A program made the position numbers and the translations under genes. The notes under the pieces were generated by a model, which saw only the letters and a list, made by a program, of their open reading frames with translations, did no database searches and was not told the origin of the DNA. A DNA stretch of 64,000 nt from Felis catus (taxonomy: Eukaryota): NCBI RefSeq assembly GCF_018350175.1, contig NC_058382.1, positions 3,782,001-3,846,000 of the forward strand, in the 5' to 3' direction. Below are positions 13,161 to 24,500 of this stretch, piece by piece; positions within the stretch are counted from its first letter, which is position 1, and every line of letters starts with the position of its first letter.

Positions 13161-14042
13161 AGGGGCACCTGGGGTGGCTCAGTTGGCTGAGTGACCGACT
13201 TCGACTCAGGTCATGATCTCACGGTCTGTGAGTTCAAGCCCCATGTCAGGCTCTGTGCTGACAGCTCAGAGCCTGGAGCCTGCTTCAAATTCTGTGCCTC
13301 CCTCTCCCTCTGCCCCAACCCACTTACATTCTGTCTCTGTCTCTCTCAAAAATGAAGATTAAAAACAAAATTTTTTTTAATAAAAAAAATAAAAAAGAAT
13401 TTGGGAGCACCTGGGTGGCTTAGTCAGTTGGGCATCTGACTCTTGAATTTGGCTCAACTCATGGTCCCAGGGTCATGGAGTCAAGCCCCATGTCAGGCTC
13501 TGCGCCGAGTGTGGAGCCTGCTTAGGATTCTCTGTCTCTCTCTGCTTCTCCTCCCCCAACAATTGCACACACACTCTCTCTAAAATTAGAAGAAAACAGG
13601 CACCTGGGTGGCTCAGTTGGTTAAGTGTCCAGCTTCGACTCAGGTCACGATCTCGCGGTTTGTGAGTTCAAGCCCCATGTCCGGCTCTGTGCTGACAACT
13701 CGGAGCCTGCTTCAGATTCTACGTCTCCCCTTCTCTCTGTCCCTCCCATGCTCATGCTCTGTCTCTGTTTCTCAATAATAAATAAACGTTAAAATTAGGG
13801 GAAAAAAAGAGGGGGGAGTCCCTGAGTGGCTCAGTGGGTTAAGCATCCGACTTCAGCTCAGACCATGATCTCATGGCTTCTGGGTTTGAACCCCACCTTG
13901 GGCTCTGTACTGACAGCTCAGAACCTGGAGCTGTTTCAGATTCTGTGTCTCCCTCTCTCTCTGCCCCTCCCTGGCTCGCGATCTGTTTGTCTCTCTTAAA
14001 AATAAGTATTTAAAAATTTTTTTTTTTAAATTAAAAAAAAAA
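13161..14042 (+). mobile_element. Four head-to-tail Can-SINEs
   Basis: Heads at ~13161, 13402, 13597 and 13812, each starting in or next to the previous A-tail. Confidence 0.93.
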
Positions 14043-14475
14043 GTATAGGTGTAGGGTAAAAATAATTCTAAAAATAATTCTATACACCTGAATAAACACC
14101 ACCCAGGTCAAGAAAAAGACCACCTCCAGCATTCCCCAAGCCTCAAGTGCCCTTCTGGACACTCCCCTTCCCTCCCCTAACTCCTGTCATGAAATTGCAA
14201 ACTCACGTCCTTCTTTTCTGCAGGTGTATAGGCATTATTTCATTTATGCCTTTGTATGCATCTGAAATGTTCCGTGACAATCTTTTCAAAAGGAGGTTCA
14301 GTGCGGTGGACAGAGTTCAGACTCTGCAATCAGCAAGACCAAGTTTTAAATGTCAGCCTGCTGGATACCTCCTAGATGTGTGACCTCCTTCAGGCCTTTC
14401 CCTCGCCGGCTTAAACAAATGCAAAGGCCCACGCTTCCCAGGATTGCCGTCGGGATTGAAATCACAGACTCCATG

Positions 14476-14481
14476 TTTATT
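14476..14481 (-). terminator. Candidate TSEN34 polyadenylation signal
   Basis: TTTATT on plus (AATAAA on minus), about 300 nt past the TSEN34 stop. Confidence 0.5.
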
Positions 14482-14784
14482 CAACAAGTTTACTGGGACC
14501 TGTTGGGACCTGTGCCCGGTAGAAAACAGACATGAATCAAACCCAGTCTTCACCCTCAAGAAGCTCACAGTTTGGAAACAGGTAACTACAAAAACATTGC
14601 AGCCAATAAGTGCTTTGAAACAGGGAGGGAAGTAAGAAGGTGTAGTGTTTATAAATCCGGACTCAAAACTTAACCGCAGAGAGAGGGAGGAGGGTGTTGA
14701 GGCCTCCCGCGCAGATGTGAGCATGGGACCATCTAGAAAGGCTCTTTCCACAGATGCAGCCACGTCCCCCTAGGTCTCTGGAGT

Positions 14785-16776
14785 TCACTGCAGGCTGGCC
14801 CACTGCAGGGAGGTGTAGACCACCTTACCGTCAGGCTGAGGAGAACACAGGAGCAGCGTCTTTTTGACGCTGGTTCCCAGGCGGCCGGCAGAAACCAGGT
14901 CCTGGAGTGGAATGGGGTCCCCAGGAGCCCAGCACTGAGCAATGTAATGGGCGTGGAAACGAAGTGGGTCACCTGGGCAAGAGAGAGAGACATGTGGCAA
15001 TTTCCAGGGGCAGAGGGCCGGAAGACGCTGGAATGTCCATAGGTAGGACATGGGAACCATCTTCGTAATCGCTATGAATATTTAAAAATAGCTATTCTTG
15101 GACCCAGCAATTCCACTCGTGGAATTTTTTTCTTACAAGGATAGCACCCCTAAAATGCAGAATAAAGCTCTTCACCCTGTTATCATTTACAACCGCTAAG
15201 AAACAGAAATAACCAAGCCACAGACTTGTTAAATTCAGGGTCTCTCAGTAACACTGGATAGCATACAGCCTTTAAAATCGAAACGGTGTACCAACTTGGA
15301 AAAGCCAATGATACAGTGGGACAGGGGCAGGAAGCTGCCACACACCAACAGCATAATCGTCCTTAAACGACAAACCGAACAAGTAACTGAATATGTCACT
15401 GTCGTGACGTAAGAACCAGGATCACAAAGTCAGGGAAAGCCGTGAGGAACACATAGGACATCACGTCAATGTCCAGGAAGAAGTGACTCCAAGAGACTAA
15501 AAGAAAAAAAGAATTTACAACGGGACGGAGTAATGAATAGATGGGATAACGGAGTTAATACAGCAAAGGGCCACACAGTAAATATTGTTTTGTGGGTCAT
15601 GTTACAGGTACACACCTCGCTCCTGTAGCACAGCAGAAGCCACAGACCATACGTAAATAAATGCATCGGCCTGCGTCCCAGTAACTTTCTCTTTAAAAAC
15701 TGGTGGGCCGCATTTGATGGGGGCTGCAGTGTGCCCCTGGATTAGATAAATGTGATCGAGCAGAGTAGGAACCAGTGGGGCACGACACAGAAGATTAAGT
15801 GGTAGGTAATGGAAGTCTCCAAGAGCAAGGCTACGAGACATCCCATCTGACAGGGGAGTGTCATGGCAACAGGAAAACAAGGCCCAGGCTGGCAGCTGGG
15901 CCTCCAGCAAGAACCCGGCCAGGAGCCAGGCATCTCTCTGCCTGGTATGATACCTGCTGAGAAGTAAGCATCAAAGACTTGAGAAGTTACCCCAAAACTG
16001 TTCTTAGAGGCTTACTGTCTTTAAAGTTCAGGAGGATTTACTGTTAGAAATATTTAAGGGGCGCCTCGGTGGCTCAGTTGGGCAAACGTCCAACTTTGCC
16101 TCAGGTCACGATCTCGCGGTTCGTGGGTTTGAGCCCCACGTCAGGCTCTGTGCTCAGAGCCTGGAGCCTGCTTCAGATTCTGTGTGTCTCTCTCTACCCC
16201 TCATCTGCTCGCGCTCTGTCTCTCTCAAGATAAATAAATGTTTAAATATATTTAAGGGATCCAGACCTTGACTATTAATCTTCAGGGGACAAGGATTCCA
16301 CGTATATTTCATATACTGAGTATGTATCGTTTTAGAAATATTGATCCACTAGAGCTAACAGGCCAGTCTTGTGATTCAGTTTCAAATGTGTGATCGAGTT
16401 ATTGGTGGGGTCAAACTTTTTTTAACCTGAAATTTTGTAAGTGTATTAACAGCATTAGAACATATAAACTTAAAAAGCACCCCATTTGTAGTTTTTTAGA
16501 TCTGAGTTAGCGGCAAGTTCTATAACCAGGAAAACCATTTTCCTTAAAAAGGAAAATATATTAAAATTTAAAATGCAGCTTATCACATTGAAAATTACTT
16601 AACTCCTTTTGCAAGTGGGATCAAACTTAGACCAAGAGTCCCCTTAAAATCTGCTAGACTGAAAAGATTTATAAATTGAACTGGAAGCTTCAAAAAGAAC
16701 TGGATATTAGCATTCATATGATTAGTAAACTGACTATTCATTTTCAAAACCAAAATAATCTCTTACATACGGGAGT

Positions 16777-16835
<59 letters not shown>

Positions 16836-19147
16836 AAGTAATCAAAGTGTGGTTATCTGCAGAGCACAGGGCAGGCACACTGTCCTGGGTTCCTAAGCCA
16901 GTCCCTTAGTTACGTGTTCAGTCTCAGAAGAGACGCAGGCCCTCGCCTCACCTCAGACACCCCAGTTGGTCTCCAGTGAACAGCTAAGACCTGACTACTT
17001 ATCAGGTGCTCCTATCTTTCTACATTCTCAGGAGGAACAAAGAGGTTGATTTTCCTGCAGACTTATTTTTCTTAACCTTTCAGTTACACAATAAAGGCAC
17101 TCTTACTACAAATTCAAAAATTAACTGATACAGCAAAAGGCTCGTGTTCCTACACCTGATGCAAATTCCCTCCCAGAGGAAACCACTGTACTTGGGCTGG
17201 AGTCCGTGTTTTCACACCTTTTTCCACTTGTTTGATAGGATTCTCTTCATCTACTCACACCGTTTTATCTTAAGTTCTGTCCACATTCTTTCACTGGAGC
17301 CGTAATTTTTAATGCTACTTAAATAACATGCATAAGACTGCACGGGAACATAAACTATAGAGTATTTGACCATACACGTTTTTGACAAGTGGTTCTTTTT
17401 CTCCCCCTTTGGTCATCTTTTCATAAATGTACATGGACCTACGTTACTCTGACGACTAGCACCAGTGTTTAACTGCTAACCCATTCATAATCATTCTGGG
17501 GGCACCTGGGTGGCTCAGTCGGTTATGCGTCCAACTTCAGCTCAGGTCATGATCTCGAGGTTCGTGGGTTCCAGCCCCACGTCGAGCTCTGTATTGACAG
17601 CTCAGAGCCTGGAGCCTGCTTCAGACTCCGTGTCTCCCTCTCTGCCCCGCCCCCGCTTGTTCACAGTCTCTCAAAAATGAACATTAAAAACAATTTTTTT
17701 TAATTCTGCTTGTTTTCTAATATTTCACTACTTTAAAGGATCCTGTGATGATGATTTCTTGTATGTTCTGTGCACATATCTAAGTGTCTCTAAGTGAAAT
17801 TTGGGGGTCAAAGTAAGTGCTTAATGAAATTTACTAAACTGCCCTCCAAATGAGCTTGGGTTCCCAAGTGTCTCCTGTCCTTCCACAGGTTTCAGACGCT
17901 GAGAAAAGGCAAAAAGGAAACATGCGGACTGTGGAGGGGTTGTGAAAAAAGGGGCCACAACTGGAGGTCCCCACCCAAACTCACCAGGATAGACCAGGAA
18001 GTCACCCCCAAACTTGCCAGCAGCACTGAGGAAGAAGCCTCGCTCCCACAGGTCTCTGTAGATGCTGTAGCGAAGTTCATGGAGAGGACGGCCAGCATGG
18101 GGCCAGTCTTTGGACTGGACGCGCCAATCCAGGGGTCTAGCCTTGATGGGTCGGGGCCTAGCAGTGGCCAACTGGACCAGCAGGGCAGACCTGGGCAAGG
18201 GGGCCACTCCATCTGAAGGCCCTGGCTGGGGAGAAGAGGAACCTGGGGGAGGTGAATCCAAGAGAACTGGGTGAATTCAAGGACGACGTCTTTTCATCCT
18301 CCAGGGAGTCCCAGGCCGGGATTCCAGCCAGGATTCCCAAAAGACCTCTCCCTCCCTTCCCCTGGTCCCTGGACTCCAAGTCTCAGCCTCACCTGCTTCC
18401 TCGTGCTCTCCAGAAGCCTGGCTGGCACTGGCCTCATTCTCCGCGGGAGCCTGGTTCCCACCGGCCTCCTGGCTCCCACCGGCCTCCTGGCTCCCGCTGC
18501 TCCCTGATTCCTGTTCCAGCCTCTGCTTCTTCGCAGCCTGGCCCTCCGCAATCTTCTCTAGGAGCTCCTGACGACGAGTCTCACGGGCCTCGGCTGCCAG
18601 GGCGCTTTGCTCCTGGAAGTCTTGCTCTTGCTGGCGTTTGAAGGATGCCAGAGCCTGACAAGTAAATCAGCGAGAATCCCAGGATCCAAGTATATCCCGC
18701 TTTAGAAAGCCAGGTATCCTGACCCCCTGACCCCTCCCAACCTCAAAGCCCGAACTCGGGGATGCCAATCTCCTGCACCCACATTCTTCCAGAATCGAGG
18801 ACGCCCTGACCCCTCCCACCTTACGGACCGAACCCGCGGAGTCCAGGTGTCCTGCCTGTACTTCCGCAGGTCCAGGGCGTTCGCGCCCCTGGCCCGCCCC
18901 TTACCAGGCTGTGTTGGCGTGGATCCGGGCGCGGGGCGCTGACCAGGGTCACGGCACCGATCTCGGCCAGGAGCCGCGCCTCCTCGGGCATCAGCAGCAG
19001 CGGGAGGCCCAGGCGCGAGTTCTGGCGGGGTCCGCGAGGCAGGGCGCCCACTGTGCGGCCCCCCACTCCCAGACGCTCCCGCAGTGCCTGCACCGCTTCG
19101 GCCCCCCATACCAGGGAGCGGCCGTTCGCCACCTCCACCACCAGCAT
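14785..19147 (-). CDS. TSEN34: tRNA-splicing endonuclease catalytic subunit Sen34; 4 coding exons, 316 aa
   Basis: Exons 19147-18905 (243 nt), 18654-18393 (262), 18242-17985 (258), 14972-14785 (188), total 951 nt. All boundaries are GT-AG and phases agree. Translation MLVVEVANGRSLVWGAEAVQ...[21 protein letters not shown]...LQWASLQ matches TSEN34. Confidence 0.98.
15560..15755. mobile_element. MER58-like hAT MITE (second copy at ~39460-39655)
   Basis: AAAGGGCCA.ATAGTAAATATT...AAGCAGC..TAGAC...TAAATGAATG...GTTCCAATAAA.CTTTATTTACAAAAAC pattern. Confidence 0.7.
16058..17705 (+). mobile_element. Can-SINEs in the last TSEN34 intron (16058-16250, 17499-17705)
   Basis: Consensus heads and tails; antisense to TSEN34. 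Confidence 0.9.
16779..16835. repeat. Compound microsatellite (CA)18(GCA)7
   Basis: Read directly from the sequence. Confidence 0.97.
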
Positions 19148-20950
19148 CCTCCTGCGGGAGCCAGGGGAACACAAAGGTCACCGACTTAGCGCTCCCACCG
19201 CTTAGGGGTGGGGAGTGAGGGGGCGGGGGTTCAGCGGGGCCCCGCCCCTGAGCCCCGGGGGTGGGGCCTCGTCAAGGCAGCCTTTGCCACCTGCTGAATC
19301 TCCAGGCCGAGCCCCGCCCCCTCAGCGATCCCGCCAGGCCCCGGGGCCGCCGAGACAAGACCCCGCCCTCCGCCGAGTCGCTGGGGCCCCCAGGACCCCG
19401 CGGTCGGCGTCCCGGCCATCTCGCCTTCTGGCTCCGAGACAAGCCTCCGCTAGTGCAGGGCCACGCCCCCTTCGGGTGGCTCGGAACTCGGGCCCGCCCC
19501 CTTCCGAAGCCCCGAGGCGCGGCCTCCGGGCCCCCTCGCACTGGGTCGGACGCCCACGACAGAAGGCCCGCCCCCGCCCGGCGCCAGATTTCGGGCATTC
19601 GGACCGCCTCGACGCGGCCGAACTCGCAGCCCCGCCCCCTCCCGAACGCAGCGGTCCCGCGATCGGGCATCCTCGGCTCCCGTCAACCCCGCGGCCAGGC
19701 CCCGCCCCCTCCGGCCTCAAGCACTCCCAGTTGGGGAGTACCCGCCCCACTGAGCGAACCCCGCGGCCGGAAGCCCCTCCCCCTGGGCACCACGGTCCGT
19801 TCTCCGTCCGGGCGGGCTCACCCCCTCGTGAGCGCTCCCCTCAGAATGCGGCACCGTCCTCTGACAGAACCAGTTAGTCACCTCGTAAACACCAACTCGC
19901 AGTCCCGGCGGAGCCACCCCCTACGTAGCGCGCCACGCGCTGCTTCCTCCACCCCTCCGCATCCCGACCCCCTGCGTCAATTTCGTCACACCGCCACCTC
20001 AGCGAAGCGGGAAGTCTAGGATCCGCCCCCAGCGGCGCCGTAGCCCCGCCTTCCTCGTAGAGTGGAACACCTTGGCCCCGCCCTCGCGAAGGGAACGTCC
20101 CCGCCGCTAGGGTTCCGCCACTAGAGAAAGTGTGGCTTATTAACCTGGCCCCGCCCTATGGTGACGTCATCCCCAGGCCCCCGCCCCCTCCGGCCGGGAT
20201 GCTGTTCGTTCCGCCCCTTGAAATGTTCCAGATCGCTGCCTCCTTCGTGTTGCCTAAGTCTGTGGCCCCGCCTCCTTCTCAAAGAACGAGACTTCGCCTA
20301 TCTCCTAACCTGGGTCACTGGTACCCAACTATGCTCGAAGGAAACCAACGATATGACCCCGCCCACATCCGGCCGAGGCTCTTGGCCCCGCCTACATCCG
20401 AATGGAGACCTCCGAACGGAGGCCGAAGCTTGTGGCCCCGCCTCCAAACTGCCGCCGATTCTGCCCGAAGGAACCCGAAGCGGAGACCCCGGCTTCTCCC
20501 GGCTCCGAAGCGTCCGTCCGAGCCCGAAGCTCCGGGCCCCGCCTCTTTACGTGCACTGGGCTCGGCTGCCGAGGCGTAAAGGTGCAGCCACGGGCTGGAG
20601 CTGTCGGGTGCCGGTTGCTGGCCGCTTCCCTGCCCGGCCCGCAGCCTGACGGGGCAGCACATCCGGCCCGGGACCACGACAGAGCAGCGCACGCTGGGCC
20701 GGGGAGGCGTGGCCACAGCCGGGGCGCCCGTGGGCCCGGACCGCTTGGCCGCCTCCCGCCCGGCGGGCGGCGTGGAGCCAGGCCCAGGTGGGCGGGGGCA
20801 CGGGCGACCTGGGGTGAGGCGGGGGCTGCGGACCGGCCGGCGGACGGGGGCGGACTCGGCCCCGGGAGCGCGGCGGAGCAGGGGGTGGTGTAACCGCCTG
20901 TGGCTCTGCCGGAGCCGGTCTGACCTGTGCTGGGGGAGTGGGGACGTACG
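18800..20950. promoter_or_regulatory. CpG island, shared head-to-head promoter of TSEN34 and MBOAT7
   Basis: Very CpG-rich sequence between the divergent ATGs (19147 minus, 21522 plus). Many GC boxes and a full CRE TGACGTCA at 20162-20169. Confidence 0.9.
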
Positions 20951-21521
20951 GGGTGGGGGGCGCCCTCCAGGCTTTAGGTGGAAGAAACGTCTGCACCTTG
21001 GATGGAGGTGGAGGCTGGAGTCTGGGGTCTCAGAGAGGGAGGGCCCGAGTCCCTGGATCCTTCCAGGAGGAAGGGGCTGGGAGCTCTGGAATCCTGGGCT
21101 CTGCAAGGGAAAGGCCTGGGACTAGGGTTGTTGCTGGGTTCTCAGCGAGCGATGACTGAATCCGTGGGTCCCCAATGGGGGTTGGGGGATTAGCTTCGAT
21201 TTCTGCGATCGCAGGGGGAGGGGCCGGATTCCTGAATCCTCGGAGGAGGGGCTGAGAGGTCTGGATTCCTGGGTTCTCAGAGGAGGACTGGAGGCCTGGG
21301 TTCTCCAAAAAGCGGGGCTGGGGGTGTATTGCTTTATCCTTGAAGGAGGAAGGTCCTGGAGGTCCAGATTCCTCTGTTCTCAGAGGAGAGGGGCTGAGGG
21401 TAGGGCTCCACGATCCTCCACACTGGGGACTAGAGGGGGTGGGTTCCTGAATCCTGTAAGGGTGAGGGGCTGATGGCCCGGATCCCTGGGTTCTCACAAA
21501 CCCTCTGCCCCTCCCCAGACC

Positions 21522-24500
21522 ATGTCGCCTGAAGAATGGACTTATCTAGTGGTTCTTCTTATCTCCATCCCCATCGGCTTCCTCTTTAAGAAAGCTGGTG
21601 AGTCAGGTTCCCTCCCTAGTGGAAAATTGGGGGGTGGGGGGCACCTGGCAGGGGACTCCCTGGAAGGGTCCAGGCTTATGCTGTCCCTTCTCCCCGCAGG
21701 ACCTGGGCTGAAGAGATGGGGGGCAGCAGCTGTGGGCCTGGGGCTCACCTTGTTCACCTGTGGCCCCCACACTTTGCATTCTCTGATCACCATCCTTGGG
21801 ACCTGGGCCCTCATTCAGGCGCAGCCCTGGTGAGGATTTGGGGTGGGGGGGGGCGGTGTGGAGGGAGAACAGAGGGGAGGAAGCAACCTGTTTCCTTTTT
21901 GGGTCTATCTCCCTTTCTGCCTTTGTCTCTGGGTGTCTCTTTTTATCTCTGGATTCTCCGTGTGGTTTGGTCTGTGTTTCTTCCTGTCCGGCCTTTTTTT
22001 CTGGGTCTTGTCCCTGCGTGTTTGTCCTGGTTCTTAATATCCGTATCATGTATTCGGGAGAACGGGGGACCGGTGGGCCGGCCCTGCCACCATTCATATT
22101 TGTATTACGTCTCCCTTTCTTTCTCCGTGTTTCTCGCCTCCCTCGGAAAAAAATGGAGGCCTGAAGGGTTTTCACCCTAAAGCTTATCTTAACCCCTCCT
22201 CATTCTCTTCTCCGTTGTGGCGCATTTCTGTGGGGCTGAGCCCCCTCTTGCACTGGTTCAGTCTGGCTCCTCCTGTCCTTCCCCCCCTTATCTGTTGGGG
22301 GGGGGTGAGGGAGGGCTTGTAGCTAGAATCTGGGGGAGGCGGAGTCGAGGTCCCTGTACCCAGCTCGCGCGTCCTCCTGCTCTGCCCCAGCTCCTGCCAC
22401 GCCCTGGCCCTCGCCTGGACCTTCTCCTACCTCCTGTTCTTCCGCGCACTCAGCCTGCTGGGCCTGCCCACTCCCACGCCCTTCACCAATGCCGTCCAGC
22501 TGCTGCTGACACTGAAGGTCAGACGCCCCTCCACCCCTCTCTTGGTGTCAGGGAACGGCCCATCTTCTCGTCCTCCTCCACACCCACTCTCGGGGGGCAG
22601 TAGGGGAGGTGGGATTTTTATCTCCGGAGCACCCCCAGGGGCAGGACTTCACCTCTCAACTGTTCCCCGGGCGGGGAACAAGTAGTCCCTCCTTTCCCGC
22701 GCCAAGTAGGGTGACCGCGGCCAAGTAGTGCAGGTGTCATTTGGTCTTTGCCTGTGCCAAAGGTTGAGCTAAGTGCTTTACGGACCAGTTCTCGAGGAGT
22801 GCATCTTGGTAGCAAGCCATTTAGCGAAGGAGGGGGAAACAGCTTTGGAGAGAAGGCACTTCTCTGAGGGCACAAAAACAGGACACCCGTGTCTGGCTCG
22901 AAACCACCTGGGGAGATGGGTGAAAGCAGGTTCCCAGGCCCCACCCCAGACCGAAAAGTCCTGAGTTCCTGTGTGCTGGGCTCCAGCGACATGTCACACA
23001 GGACACAGGACAGTCACGTGAGGTAGCGAACCAGGTCTCCCGAGCATCTTGTGTTCTCGGTGGCCCGGGATGCAAGGGCAGGCCGGAGTTGGTTGGCTGA
23101 GAGTTGGAGGAAGAGCCTTTCGGCATGTAGGAACAGAACGTGGAAGGGAGCAGGCTGAGCCTGGTGACTGGGCGCCAGCCACAGCGAGTGTTCATCGAGA
23201 GACGGAAGGGGAAGGGGAGTGGGGCCAAGGTGAGGGGTTTAGGCTTCCCAGGGGGCCCAGGATCCACCGGAAGCGGTTTTGGGGTTTGTCGCCAGAAGAG
23301 GTAAGGTGACCACATTGACGTGTTTGGAACTGCGCCCTGGATGCCCACAGAGTTGCCACGGGGAGCGCAAGAAGGGATGAGGGCAGCCTCCTTGACCAGA
23401 GTCCCGCTGACGAATAGTGGTGGCCTGACCCAGGCCATCGGTAGGCCAGTCAGAGCCCCAGGAGCAAGTGCCGCGTTGGGGATACTTTGAGGAGTCCTTC
23501 TTGACAACAGTGTGGGTGGGCGGGGGGCGGAGGAGCCAGAAGGGACAGTGAGGATCCTGGGCCAGCCACGGGAAGCCGGTACCAACCCTGGGGACGAGAG
23601 CGGGGCCGGTAGTCGAACAGAAAGGAGAGTGTTGTGTGGAGTCCTCCCTCTGCCTTGAGAGGATGGACCAAGGGACACGGCCCAGCCCTCACACCTGCCT
23701 TCCCCCCTCTGGTCCTGGGGCTCCCTTCTGGCAGAACCCAGGGGGAAGCCGGAAGGCCGGCTGAGGCCTGTGGCTGCCGTGTCAGCCTTGGGCCTGCGAA
23801 GAAGGTGGAGAACAGGCCTGCAGGGGCAGGCCCGTCACGTTCAGCCTGGGGGCTGGGCAGCAGAACAGAGGCCAAAAGCTACAGACTCAGAGACCTAGGG
23901 TAGATTTGGGGAGTAAGGAAGGTTCCCCGCCTGAGCAGTTAATTGCCTGATGGTGGCATTTGCCGAGGGGAGAGCGCCGCCTCTGGGGAACGGTAACGTG
24001 TTCCGCTCTTGAGGCCATGAGTTTGAGGAACGCGGTAGGCTTGTATTACTGACAAGAGGCACTTTGAATGGTTTTGGGGATGGAGGGAGGAGCCCAGACA
24101 GGGTACAGCTTGGAGATCATGAGAGCGTGTGTGGTATGAAGCCACGGCCCGCGGGAGAACACAGAAGGGGGAACGAAGAGACAGAAAGGCCCAGGCGGCA
24201 GTGCTAGGGAGCACCTGTGGCCAGAAGCCGCCACCCTGCGACTCATGACTCTGGATGCCGAGAGCCGCCCATGGACTAGAACCTCAGCTCCCGGTGGCTT
24301 CCCTTGGCTGCAGGAAGGCGAGGGTGAGGAAGGCCCGGGGTCTGATCTGTCCCCCACCCGTGCCCCTTCCTCCCAGCTGGTGAGTCTTGCCAGTGAAGTT
24401 CAGGACCTGCACTTGGCCCAGAGGAAGGAAATGGCCACGGGCTTCAGCAAGGGGCCCAGCCTGGGGCTTCTGCCTGATGTCCCCTCTCTGATGGAGACGC

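Noticed and set aside
19148-19174. N-terminal extension MCSPGSRRR on TSEN34
   Set aside because: Begins at a non-ATG codon and crosses a clear splice acceptor at 19153-19152, so it is intronic.
19215-21106. Several long ORFs (220, 252, 263 aa) on both strands
   Set aside because: Pro/Arg/Gly-rich products of a stop-poor CpG island, overlapping in many frames with no recognisable domain.
22821-23678. 285-aa minus-strand ORF in MBOAT7 intron 4
   Set aside because: No recognisable homology, GC-rich composition and no splice or promoter support.
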